This document shows positions 50,750 through 58,801 of a stretch of 64,000 bases of DNA, in pieces. The stretch lies in assembly GCA_963770835.1 (NCBI GenBank), contig CAVYRH010000019.1:96001-160000 (forward strand), written 5' to 3'. A program made the position numbers and the translations under genes. The notes under the pieces are model-generated. The model saw only the letters and a program-made list of their open reading frames with translations. It did not search any database and had not been told where the DNA came from. Each line of letters begins with the position of its first letter. Within the stretch, counting starts at the first letter, position 1. The DNA is from an uncultured Pseudomonadota bacterium (GTDB lineage Bacteria > Oederibacteriota > Muellerivitia > Muellerivitales > Muellerivitaceae).

Positions 50750-51316
50750 AGGAAACATCGCCGATTCGATCAATTCGCAGAAGATATGCCCCATCAGCAT
50801 GTGGCATTCCTGGATACGGTCTGTGGAGGAGGCGGGGACGACGATGGCGATGTCCACTTCCTTGGCGATCTTGCCGCCGTCGCGGCCCAGCAAACCGATA
50901 GTGTGAACCTTGTTCTTCTTGGCCGCCAGCACACCTTTCAACACGTTTTCCGAGTTGCCCGAGGTGGAAAGCCCCACGGCCACGTCACCCGGCACGCAAA
51001 GTCCCTCGACCTGGTGGGAGTAAATCTGGTCATAACCGTAGTCGTTTCCGAGGGCCGTCAAGGTGGAGGTGTTGGTATGCAGGGCCAGGGCCATGAGGGC
51101 CCGGCGGCGTTTTAGGTAATCGCCCACCAGTTCGGCGGCGATATGCTGGGCGTCGGCCGCGCTTCCGCCGTTGCCGAACCAAACCGACTTGTTTCCCCGC
51201 TTGTAGGCCGCGACCAATACTTCCGCCGCTTGTTCTATTTGCGGCACGCATTTATGCAACAGGTTTTGCTTCACCTGGATGCTTTCCTCGATGCGGCCCC
51301 GGATTTTCTCGATCAT
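50747..51316 (-). CDS. gmhA: Phosphoheptose isomerase
   Basis: GNGGSAADAQHIAAE, NDYG, STSGNS, RIQECH. ATG 51316. Confidence 0.95.
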   Translation of the reverse strand: MIEKIRGRIEESIQVKQNLLHKCVPQIEQAAEVLVAAYKRGNKSVWFGNGGSAADAQHIAAELVGDYLKRRRALMALALHTNTSTLTALGNDYGYDQIYSHQVEGLCVPGDVAVGLSTSGNSENVLKGVLAAKKNKVHTIGLLGRDGGKIAKEVDIAIVVPASSTDRIQECHMLMGHIFCELIESAMFP

Positions 51317-51429
51317 AAAGTCTTCCCTCGCTTGACGGACGAATGGTATGGATGAGTTTTCAGATAAGGCGGGCACATTTTATCGCCCTACTGCGGCCTC
51401 TGCCACCTTTAAAGAGGCGGGTAATATGC

Positions 51430-51458
51430 TTGATGCCGACTCCACGGCCCATAATAAT
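51430..51458 (+). promoter_or_regulatory. Putative sigma70 promoter, probably leaderless
   Basis: TTGATG-17 nt-AATAAT, 6 nt before the in-frame GTG at 51465. Confidence 0.45.
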
Positions 51459-51464
51459 GGGCCG

Positions 51465-52799
51465 GTGCCAAAACCTTCTTCAGTGCCGAATTCCCGACCG
51501 GTTCCCTGGCTCTTCCTGGGCTTGGGGTTGGCTTTCCTCTTCCGCCTGGCCTTCGGGCTTTGCTCCGAAATCTGGTTTATCGACCAACAGCAGATTTACC
51601 TCATCGGCCTGAAGTTCTATTGCACGGGCCAGTGGCCTTATTTTGGGGCGGATGTAGCCCCCCATATCCAACTCCCCGGTGCACTCCAAGGGCTAGTGGT
51701 CGGCGGCCCCCTTTACCTTTGCCCCATCCCCGAGGCGCCCTATATCCTTTTAAACCTGCTTTCCTTCATCGGGCTTTGCCTTTTCGCCTGGTATTGCTCC
51801 AAGCGTCTCCCCCAATTCCCCAAATGGCTTCTCTATACCTGGCTTTTGACGGCCCCCTGGGTGATGAACTGGTCCACCAACATTGATAACGATTCCTACG
51901 TCATTTTTGGGAGCTGTCTTTTTTTTATCGGCTTCTTGGAAACCATACCCGCTTTGAGTCTCAAGCTGATAAAGCCCTCTTGGGCCAATTATTTGATGGG
52001 ATTTGGCTATTACTGGAACATGCAATTTCATATGTCCTATGTTCTTCTTATCCCTTTTATGGGAGTTTCCCTTTACCTCCAAGGAAAGGAAATACTCAAA
52101 ACCAAATCCCCCCACCTTATGAAGGCTGTCGCTTTGCCTTTCCTTTTGGGATGTCTGGTTACCAGTAGTGCCCTAATCCCAACCTTTTTGAAATATCCTT
52201 CCGAGTCTTTTGGCGGCGTGGGACGGGCCATGACCTTTAACCCAGATAACTTCTTCCAAATCTTCGAAGTCCTTTTCCGTTATCTTTCCCTGGCTTGTTG
52301 TGAAATTCCCCGCTTTATCGGGGCCCATACCGCTGACCGCCTGGAATTCTTAAGGGAAAACTATTGGATAGTGCCTTTTGCGGTCGTGGCGGGAACACTG
52401 GGAATCCTTCAAACCCTGGCATTACTGGTGGGTTGGTTTCAACAGAAACATCCCCAAAAGGATTGGCCCACCGTGAAGTGGCTGGCCTTGGTGACCTTTC
52501 TTTTGATTTACATCAGCTTTATTTTCGCCATCAAGGCTCCCGCCGCCCACACTTATTACCTCACCCTGCCCATTGCCATGATGTACGGCTTTTATGTTTT
52601 TAACCCCTGGGTCTCGAACAAGTGGTTTTTGACGACGGCGAAGGTTTTATTGGCCTGTAACATCCTTTTTCAAGCGGGGCTGGCCCTGCACAATCTGCCG
52701 GTGAAATCACTTTATAAGAATCGGGATTTATTCGTGAAGGCTATTTCGGAGAAGAACTATCATTTGCTGGGGGAGAGAAGGCCGGATACGCTTTATTGA
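51465..52799 (+). CDS. Polytopic membrane protein, possible GT-C (ArnT/PMT-like) transferase
   Basis: About ten TM segments; TM1 followed by WFIDQ acidic loop, G.WPYFG, LPG.L. Start uncertain. Confidence 0.65.
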   Translation: MPKPSSVPNSRPVPWLFLGLGLAFLFRLAFGLCSEIWFIDQQQIYLIGLKFYCTGQWPYFGADVAPHIQLPGALQGLVVGGPLYLCPIPEAPYILLNLLSFIGLCLFAWYCSKRLPQFPKWLLYTWLLTAPWVMNWSTNIDNDSYVIFGSCLFFIGFLETIPALSLKLIKPSWANYLMGFGYYWNMQFHMSYVLLIPFMGVSLYLQGKEILKTKSPHLMKAVALPFLLGCLVTSSALIPTFLKYPSESFGGVGRAMTFNPDNFFQIFEVLFRYLSLACCEIPRFIGAHTADRLEFLRENYWIVPFAVVAGTLGILQTLALLVGWFQQKHPQKDWPTVKWLALVTFLLIYISFIFAIKAPAAHTYYLTLPIAMMYGFYVFNPWVSNKWFLTTAKVLLACNILFQAGLALHNLPVKSLYKNRDLFVKAISEKNYHLLGERRPDTLY

Positions 52800-52820
52800 T
52801 CGTTCCCTAGTCGCGCCATT

Positions 52821-52973
52821 TCATTCGTCCCTATGACCTTGGCGCCGGTCCCGGGCTTTTTCTTTACCGCCCATCATGCGAGCCCCGCCGCATTGGGGAC
52901 ATACGAACTTCCGCTTCTTATGAGCTGAATGGGGCATCTCTCTCATCTTGACCTTGCATCGCCTACAGAACAT
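52821..52973 (-). CDS. Small Zn-ribbon protein (50 aa), absent from the ORF track
   Basis: MFCRRCKVKMREMPHSAHKKRKFVCPQCGGARMMGGKEKARDRRQGHRDE; GGAG RBS 5 nt before ATG; CxxC-x18-CxxC. Confidence 0.7.
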   Translation of the reverse strand: MFCRRCKVKMREMPHSAHKKRKFVCPQCGGARMMGGKEKARDRRQGHRDE

Positions 52974-53022
52974 TTAGACTCCAACCTTGCGAACCATGTA
53001 CAAAGAATCGAATTAATGAACT

Positions 53023-53787
53023 TTATCGACCTTCAATAGCGAACTGAGTTGAAAAATCACCATCAAAGACAGTGGTGCCCATGTGCTGGAGCCGGCTTTG
53101 GGTATCTACCCAAATCTCGCCCCCCATCCGGTTCCAGCGGCGGCAAAAGCTCCGGTCCTCGGAAAGGTAACGGCCCGTCGCCTCGTCAATGAATTCATTG
53201 AATAAGGCGTAACGGTTTTGGCTTTGGGGAAAGGGATCAGTGGAGAGGAACCCGCCCGTATATTTGAGCTCGGGGTATTGTTTTATCATTTTCTGAAAGA
53301 CGGATTTTTTAATCAGGGCAAAACCCATTCCGCCGTAAAGGGCCTTGGCGAAACCGTTTTTAAAAGTGAGTTTTGTGGGGTCCTCAAACTCCACTCCATA
53401 GGCCCAAAGTTCGGGACTTTTGACTGTTTTTTTCGTTTCATAGGCCCGCTGGATTCGCCCGAGGTCCAAATGCTTATAGGGGTAAACTCCCGTGGCCATT
53501 TCAGCGTCAAAAGCCAATAGCCGGAAGACCTGTTCGGGCGCAAATCCGATATCCGAATCGATAAAAAGCAAATGGGTCACCTGCGGTGTCTCCAGGAAGC
53601 GGGTCACCAGGTCCTGCCGGGCCCGGGAAATTAGGGCATCCCCCCATTGGATTGCCACTTCGACTGGAAGGTTGGCCTTCTGGCAGGCTTCCATGAATTG
53701 CAGGACGGAGAAAGCGTAGACAGCCGTCAGCTGCCTCCCGTAGGAGGGGGTGGCTATCATCAGGCAGGGCTTGGAGTCCGATGTCAT
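53023..53787 (-). CDS. GT-A-like glycosyltransferase (paralog 1)
   Basis: IATPSYG, DALISRARQ, THLLFIDSDI (DxD), YLSEDRSFCRRW, GGEIW. Confidence 0.75.
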   Translation of the reverse strand: MTSDSKPCLMIATPSYGRQLTAVYAFSVLQFMEACQKANLPVEVAIQWGDALISRARQDLVTRFLETPQVTHLLFIDSDIGFAPEQVFRLLAFDAEMATGVYPYKHLDLGRIQRAYETKKTVKSPELWAYGVEFEDPTKLTFKNGFAKALYGGMGFALIKKSVFQKMIKQYPELKYTGGFLSTDPFPQSQNRYALFNEFIDEATGRYLSEDRSFCRRWNRMGGEIWVDTQSRLQHMGTTVFDGDFSTQFAIEGR

Positions 53788-54533
53788 GACGGCTCTTTCG
53801 GGTGGGCCGATCCGGAACGGGGGGCCAAATCGCCCTTGAACATCTCCGACCCAGTGTGGCTCAAGCGGCTTTGGAAATCAGCCCAGATGTCCCCGCCCAT
53901 GTCCGTCCACCTTTTGCAAAAGGCGTAATCCTCGGAAAGGTAGACACCCTTTTCATCCACCAGGCAGTTGAAAAAGGCGGTGTGTTCCTTTTCACCTTGG
54001 GGACCGGCTGCTTTGTATTTCAACTCGGGGTACCGTTTGGCCATGGCCTCGAGAACCCGCCGCTGGATCAATAAAAACCCCGTTCCCACCTTGGTCACTT
54101 TGCCGAATCCGTCGACCGTTTCGTGCGGCTCCTTCCAATCATAGACATAGGCAAGCCCAGCCGATTCCAGGGAGCCGTCCCCCCTCGCGGCCTTCTTTCG
54201 GATTAGTTCCCAATCGTACTTTTTAGCCGGATAAAGTCCGGCACAAACCTCGCGGTTGAACCTCAGGAGGCGCAGAACTTGCTCCACGTCATAACTGATA
54301 TCCGCGTCGATGTAGAGCAGGTGGGTGGCCGTGGGGTCTTCCAGGAAATAAGCGGCGATGCTTTGCCGGGCCCGTGTAACCAGGGCGTCGCCCCAGGGCA
54401 TGGCAAAGCTCAAGCGAATACCGTTTTTCCCGCAATATTCCCTCAGCTTTAAGGCCGAGGTGAAATTAGGAACGCTGATGACCCCCCCATAACAGGGGGT
54501 TCCGATCACCAGGTGAATGGGTTCATTTGCCAA
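53784..54533 (-). CDS. GT-A-like glycosyltransferase (paralog 2)
   Basis: IGTPCYGG, DALVTRARQ, THLLYIDADI, YLSEDYAFCKRW, GGDIW. Confidence 0.75.
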   Translation of the reverse strand: MANEPIHLVIGTPCYGGVISVPNFTSALKLREYCGKNGIRLSFAMPWGDALVTRARQSIAAYFLEDPTATHLLYIDADISYDVEQVLRLLRFNREVCAGLYPAKKYDWELIRKKAARGDGSLESAGLAYVYDWKEPHETVDGFGKVTKVGTGFLLIQRRVLEAMAKRYPELKYKAAGPQGEKEHTAFFNCLVDEKGVYLSEDYAFCKRWTDMGGDIWADFQSRLSHTGSEMFKGDLAPRSGSAHPKEPS

Positions 54534-54566
54534 GTGACGCCTTTTGAAAGCCGTTTTCCCAGATTT

Positions 54567-55775
54567 TCACTGTGAAAGTCTCGATGTTATCTTTCCCCCA
54601 TCACCATTGATATCGGGCACTGTGGCGTCCAAAAGCGATACCTCGATATTGCCGATAACGATGCCGCTCTTGATCAAGACTGGAATGTGGCGGTCGTCGG
54701 CGGTGATCCAAAGGTCGATGTCCTCCTTGTTCCGGAAAACCGTTCCATATTTCACAAAAGGCTTCGTTCTGAAGCAATCGAAGGTCCCGGCGGGCACGGT
54801 GACTTTTTCCCGCGAGAACACCTTCACGATCATCTTATAGTTCTTCCCCCCCGAACAGGTTGGAATCAGGTATTTCTTGCCCACTTCTAACGGCAGGAGA
54901 CGGAAATAATAGAAGCAGGAAATAATATCCTGGGCGAAGGGCTGGACGTCCACCTGTTCTACGGGTTCCTGGTTGTGTTGCCGCACCACCGTGTGCTTGA
55001 TCTGGTCATAATTTTCCCGGTTGCGGGCGTTGTAGTTGCCCTCGTGCACGTCGTTCTCGAATTTCCAGGACAGGAAATCCACGGCGTCGAAATAGCTGGT
55101 CTGCACATCGTTCACGGGGTAAAAACTGCTGAAAGGAAAGGCGGATTTGGCCCGGGCGGTCAAGGGGTAGCAGGGCCTTCCTTGGACGTCCTGATAATCA
55201 TCCACCTCCAAAGTGGCATAGCCCCCTAGGATACCGATGGCCCGCACTTCGAACTTCAGTTTCTCGCCTGCGGCGAAGGCCTTGTTGATGGCGGGACGAG
55301 GGATCTTCTCCACGTCTTTCTCGTCCTCGTCCGTATCCGGCTCCGAAAAGGCCAAGTGCGATGTCACCGTGGCGGAAGGCGTGGCGGCAGCAATCATTTT
55401 TTTCCGCAAGTCATCCATGGTTCCCTTATCGGGGAAATTGGACGGATCGATGATTTTAAGTTCCTTCCCCACTTTCAACGGTTGTACCGGGTTCAGGTGA
55501 TTTTGCCTAGCCAGCTTCTTTTTAAAGCTCGTACTCCCGTAATAAGCTTGCGCCACAAAATCCAGGGTGTCTCCCTCTTGGACCTTGTAATGAACAACGT
55601 CCTCCCGGTTCATGGTCTTTTCCAGGGAAGCCGCATGGGGGGCTTTCTGGGCCTTGGCGGTCGAAATATCGGTTTTGCCTTGGACTACGAAGAGGAGGGA
55701 GCAGCCTTGCAGGCCGGCCAGCAAAAGAAAGCCCAAGGAAAGGGTTAAGCCGCGAGAGGAAAGTCGAGAATTCAA
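54567..55775 (-). CDS. Lipoprotein with LysM and DUF3108-like domains
   Basis: TTG 55775 overlaps the upstream stop; lipobox LQGC; YKVQEGDTL..VA..YYG LysM; F..GEKL.F, V.VPAGTF, W.T.D..HIPV. Confidence 0.8.
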   Translation of the reverse strand: MNSRLSSRGLTLSLGFLLLAGLQGCSLLFVVQGKTDISTAKAQKAPHAASLEKTMNREDVVHYKVQEGDTLDFVAQAYYGSTSFKKKLARQNHLNPVQPLKVGKELKIIDPSNFPDKGTMDDLRKKMIAAATPSATVTSHLAFSEPDTDEDEKDVEKIPRPAINKAFAAGEKLKFEVRAIGILGGYATLEVDDYQDVQGRPCYPLTARAKSAFPFSSFYPVNDVQTSYFDAVDFLSWKFENDVHEGNYNARNRENYDQIKHTVVRQHNQEPVEQVDVQPFAQDIISCFYYFRLLPLEVGKKYLIPTCSGGKNYKMIVKVFSREKVTVPAGTFDCFRTKPFVKYGTVFRNKEDIDLWITADDRHIPVLIKSGIVIGNIEVSLLDATVPDINGDGGKITSRLSQ

Positions 55776-56821
55776 CGGGAGATCTTTTTTGGAAGGTATT
55801 CTTGGACGGCTGTCAGAACCTCTTCCACCGAAATGGCATCCATGGGGTCGTGTTTGGAACAGGCGCCCACCCGGCAATCGGGGCATTCCAGGTTTTGCGG
55901 CATCAAAACGGTGGATTTGTTGCCCCATGGTCCCCACCTTACCGGCGTGGTTTGGGGGATTGGGCAAAAAAGGGCGACGGTGGGGGTTCCCACGGCGGCG
56001 GCCAAGTGCATAGTGCCCGTGGAGCCGGAAAGGAAGCAATCCGCCCCCTCGTAAACGGCGGCCAGTTGCCGCAGGGTGCATTCGCCGATGAGGAGGATAG
56101 GCCTTTGGTCGGGGCCTAGTCCTGAGAGATGGGTTGTGACTCGAGACACCAAATCGGTCTCGTTCGCCGCACCGGTTAATATCACCCTCAACCCTTTGCG
56201 GCAGCATAACTGGGCGACGACTTGGGCGTAACGCTCGGGCTTCCAGTTCAGGGCCGATCCCTTGTGGCCGGGGTGCACCACCACATAATGCCCCTTGGGC
56301 TTGATTCCTTTTTCCTTCAGCAGGTCCTTTGCGAAAGACCGCTCGGATTCGGTCAAACGGAATTCGATCTTTTTGGCTTCCGGCGTGATTCCCAGCGGCT
56401 TGACCAGGTCCAGGTTGTATTCCACCTCGTGCCGGTCGCAAACCGACCGGTGGACCCGGACCTTTTCATTCAGGAGAAAGCTGTACCAGCGGTAGGCGGT
56501 ACCGATGCGGGTTGGAATCCCGGCCGTCCAGGCCGCCAAGACCTGCCGGGGGCGGGGATAGAGGGCGATAAAAACATCCGGTTTCATGGCTTTGAGGCGC
56601 TTGGTCAAACCCCAAAAACTCTCTCCATTCTCAAATAGCTCAACGGTGTCCACGGCGGGGTGGTTTTGGACGATTTCCTTGGCGTAAGGGCTAACCAGGG
56701 CCGTCAACCGGGTTTCAGGAAAGGCTTTTTTGAGGGCCTGGAAAGTGGGCAGGGACAACAAGAGATCCCCTATCTTGTCGGTGCGGGCGATGAGGATATG
56801 CTTGGGGCGCAACGCGGTCAC
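55772..56821 (-). CDS. GT9 family glycosyltransferase
   Basis: ILIARTDKIGDL, RHEVEYNL, VHPG..GSA.NW, STGTMHLAAA. Confidence 0.9.
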   Translation of the reverse strand: MTALRPKHILIARTDKIGDLLLSLPTFQALKKAFPETRLTALVSPYAKEIVQNHPAVDTVELFENGESFWGLTKRLKAMKPDVFIALYPRPRQVLAAWTAGIPTRIGTAYRWYSFLLNEKVRVHRSVCDRHEVEYNLDLVKPLGITPEAKKIEFRLTESERSFAKDLLKEKGIKPKGHYVVVHPGHKGSALNWKPERYAQVVAQLCCRKGLRVILTGAANETDLVSRVTTHLSGLGPDQRPILLIGECTLRQLAAVYEGADCFLSGSTGTMHLAAAVGTPTVALFCPIPQTTPVRWGPWGNKSTVLMPQNLECPDCRVGACSKHDPMDAISVEEVLTAVQEYLPKKISR

Positions 56822-57297
56822 GATTTCGCGGACAGGGGGCCGTATTTACGAAGGATTTCCTGGATGAGTTTTTCCTCCGTATGGTCTTCCCCCTGTTTCA
56901 CGGCTATGACCTGTCCTCCAAAGGAGTTTTCTCCTTTTGCTTGGTCCCCGGCGCGTTTCGCGTAAATTTGCGGTTTTAGCTGGAAAAGCAAGGGTGCCAC
57001 ACTGTCTTCGCTGAAAGCCGTGACGAAATCAATCATTTCAAAGGCGGAGAGAACCCCCAGTCGGTCCTCCAGGGGAAGCAGGGGCCTGCCCGAACCTTGT
57101 ACTCTCTTCACCGACTCATCGGAGTTCAGGGCCAGTACCAGTACATCCCCAAGCGCCTTGGCAGCCCGCAGGAAACGCACATGGCCCACGTGGAGAAGGT
57201 CGAAACATCCATCAACCAGTACGACCTTTTTGCCTTGGGATTTCAAGGTTTCGACCCGCTTAGCTAATTCTCCGTGTTGAAGTATCACTTCCGCCAT
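56818..57297 (-). CDS. Second RfaE2-like cytidylyl/adenylyltransferase
   Basis: DGCFDLLHVGH, ALNSDESV; divergent C-terminus (no KGGD or STT motifs). Confidence 0.8.
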   Translation of the reverse strand: MAEVILQHGELAKRVETLKSQGKKVVLVDGCFDLLHVGHVRFLRAAKALGDVLVLALNSDESVKRVQGSGRPLLPLEDRLGVLSAFEMIDFVTAFSEDSVAPLLFQLKPQIYAKRAGDQAKGENSFGGQVIAVKQGEDHTEEKLIQEILRKYGPLSAKS

Positions 57298-57326
57298 TTT
57301 TCTCCCCGTTCGTAAAATCTAGAGCA

Positions 57327-58055
57327 CTATAACTCAACCTTCAACGCCTTCATGAGCGCAAACGATGAAAAATCCACGAAAAAGTGGGCCAGGATCAGGG
57401 GTGTTGTCCGCCGAAACTTCTGGTAATAAGCCGCAAAGATCACAAAGAGGAAAAAGACCAGCAAGCAGCGGGCCCAGCCTTGGTACAAATGATAGCCGGC
57501 TTGGACGAGCGCGCTTAAAACAACGATCAAAGCCCCTTGCCGGATAAAGCCGTTCAATTCGTTCATGAACAAGGTCCGAATGATGCTTTCCTCGAAGATG
57601 GCGTTGACCGCTAAAAAAACAGTCATCTTCCAAAAGGATAAATTGGCTAGGAATGCCACCACAGATTTCAAGCTTTCAGTCGGTTGAAAGGCGTTGAAAT
57701 CCTGGGTGGAAGACGCGAAAAGCAGGAACGCTACAATGGCCAAAAAACACACGAAGAAGTAGCCCCCAAGGAACAAGAGAATAGAATCCCTTAAATCATT
57801 CATTTGAAAGGTGATGTTCAAATAATTTTTCTCGCTGCGTTCTCTCATTGCCAAGAAAAGAAGGATCAGCAAAACAATTTGGCCGTAAAACGAACCAGAA
57901 TAATCGGAATGAAGGCCGACAAAACGACCCAAATGAAATCGAAGGAGCCCCATGGAGGCGAAACAGCCCAAATAGACGAACCCGATTGAGAAAAATAAAA
58001 TCAAAACAGAAAAAATGAGGTTCTTTCGCTTTAAAAAAAAGCCGGCTTTTTTCAC
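57327..58055 (-). CDS. CPBP (CAAX/Abi) family intramembrane metalloprotease
   Basis: FEESIIR, YHLYQG, LAHFFVD; multiple TMs; start uncertain. Confidence 0.82.
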   Translation of the reverse strand: MKKAGFFLKRKNLIFSVLILFFSIGFVYLGCFASMGLLRFHLGRFVGLHSDYSGSFYGQIVLLILLFLAMRERSEKNYLNITFQMNDLRDSILLFLGGYFFVCFLAIVAFLLFASSTQDFNAFQPTESLKSVVAFLANLSFWKMTVFLAVNAIFEESIIRTLFMNELNGFIRQGALIVVLSALVQAGYHLYQGWARCLLVFFLFVIFAAYYQKFRRTTPLILAHFFVDFSSFALMKALKVEL

Positions 58056-58086
58056 AGGTTTCGCTTTTACTATTTTCGGATATTCG

Positions 58087-58686
58087 TCACTTTTTCGAAT
58101 TCTTCAAAATCCACTGAGCGGCCCTTAAAACATCGGAAACCACTATACTCTTGGCCAGGGGGGCGATTTTGAGCCTTTTCTCGCTCATGTGCCCATTGCC
58201 TGTACGGACCAGGATGCCCTGGGCGACCTTGGCGTTGCGGGCCAATTGAAGGTCATCGATTTTGTCCCCCACCACGTAGCTATGCTTCAGGTCCACCGGA
58301 CACTTTTTAAGGGCTTGCTTCACCATCCCGGTCTTGGGCTTGCGGCAGTCGCAAACCCTAGAATAGCGTTTGATTTTCCCCGTCTCGTAATGGGGACAGT
58401 AAAAAAAAGTGTCAACCGCGGCGCCCTCCGCCCGGAGAAGGGCTTGGAGTTTCCGGTGGACCACCTTTACCGTGCTTTCGGGAAAATAACCCCGCGCCAC
58501 CCCCGACTGGTTGGTGACCACGAAGAGGTGAAACCCCGCCTGGCGCAAGAGCCTCAAGGCTTCCGCTGTTCCCCTGTAAAGCTTCACGTGGGATGGGTTA
58601 CTTAGATAACCCATATCGGGTATCAAAGTGCCGTCCCTATCCAGGAATACCGCTGGGCGGTTCAATGTTTTCTTTCGTCTCGGCAT
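58087..58686 (-). CDS. gmhB: D,D-heptose 1,7-bisphosphate phosphatase
   Basis: FLDRDGT, VTNQSG.ARG, YCPH, CRKPK.GM, VGD. Confidence 0.92.
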   Translation of the reverse strand: MPRRKKTLNRPAVFLDRDGTLIPDMGYLSNPSHVKLYRGTAEALRLLRQAGFHLFVVTNQSGVARGYFPESTVKVVHRKLQALLRAEGAAVDTFFYCPHYETGKIKRYSRVCDCRKPKTGMVKQALKKCPVDLKHSYVVGDKIDDLQLARNAKVAQGILVRTGNGHMSEKRLKIAPLAKSIVVSDVLRAAQWILKNSKK

Positions 58687-58729
58687 TTAATCCTCTTTGC
58701 GAAGTAAAACACCGTTATTCTCGCCCAAG

Positions 58730-58801
58730 TTAGGAATTAGGAGTGAGAAATTAGGAATTTCCGATCTTTAAAACTCCTAATTACTAATTCCGAATTCCTC
58801 A
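58730..58801. repeat. Inverted element with 7-nt periodic arms (TTAGGAA type) overlapping the msbA stop
   Basis: TTAGGAA-TTAGGAG-TGAGAAA-TTAGGAA ... CTCCTAA-TTACTAA-TTCCGAA-TTCCTCA. Confidence 0.75.

Noticed and set aside
55776..56441. N-terminal extension making the LysM-DUF3108 ORF 624 aa
   Set aside because: It overlaps the GT9 gene on the same strand; the signal peptide and lipobox begin at TTG 55775.
58035..58052. AAAAAAGCCGGCTTTTTT palindrome as a terminator
   Set aside because: Loopless stem with only three GC pairs, inside the probable 5' end of the CPBP gene; ambiguous.
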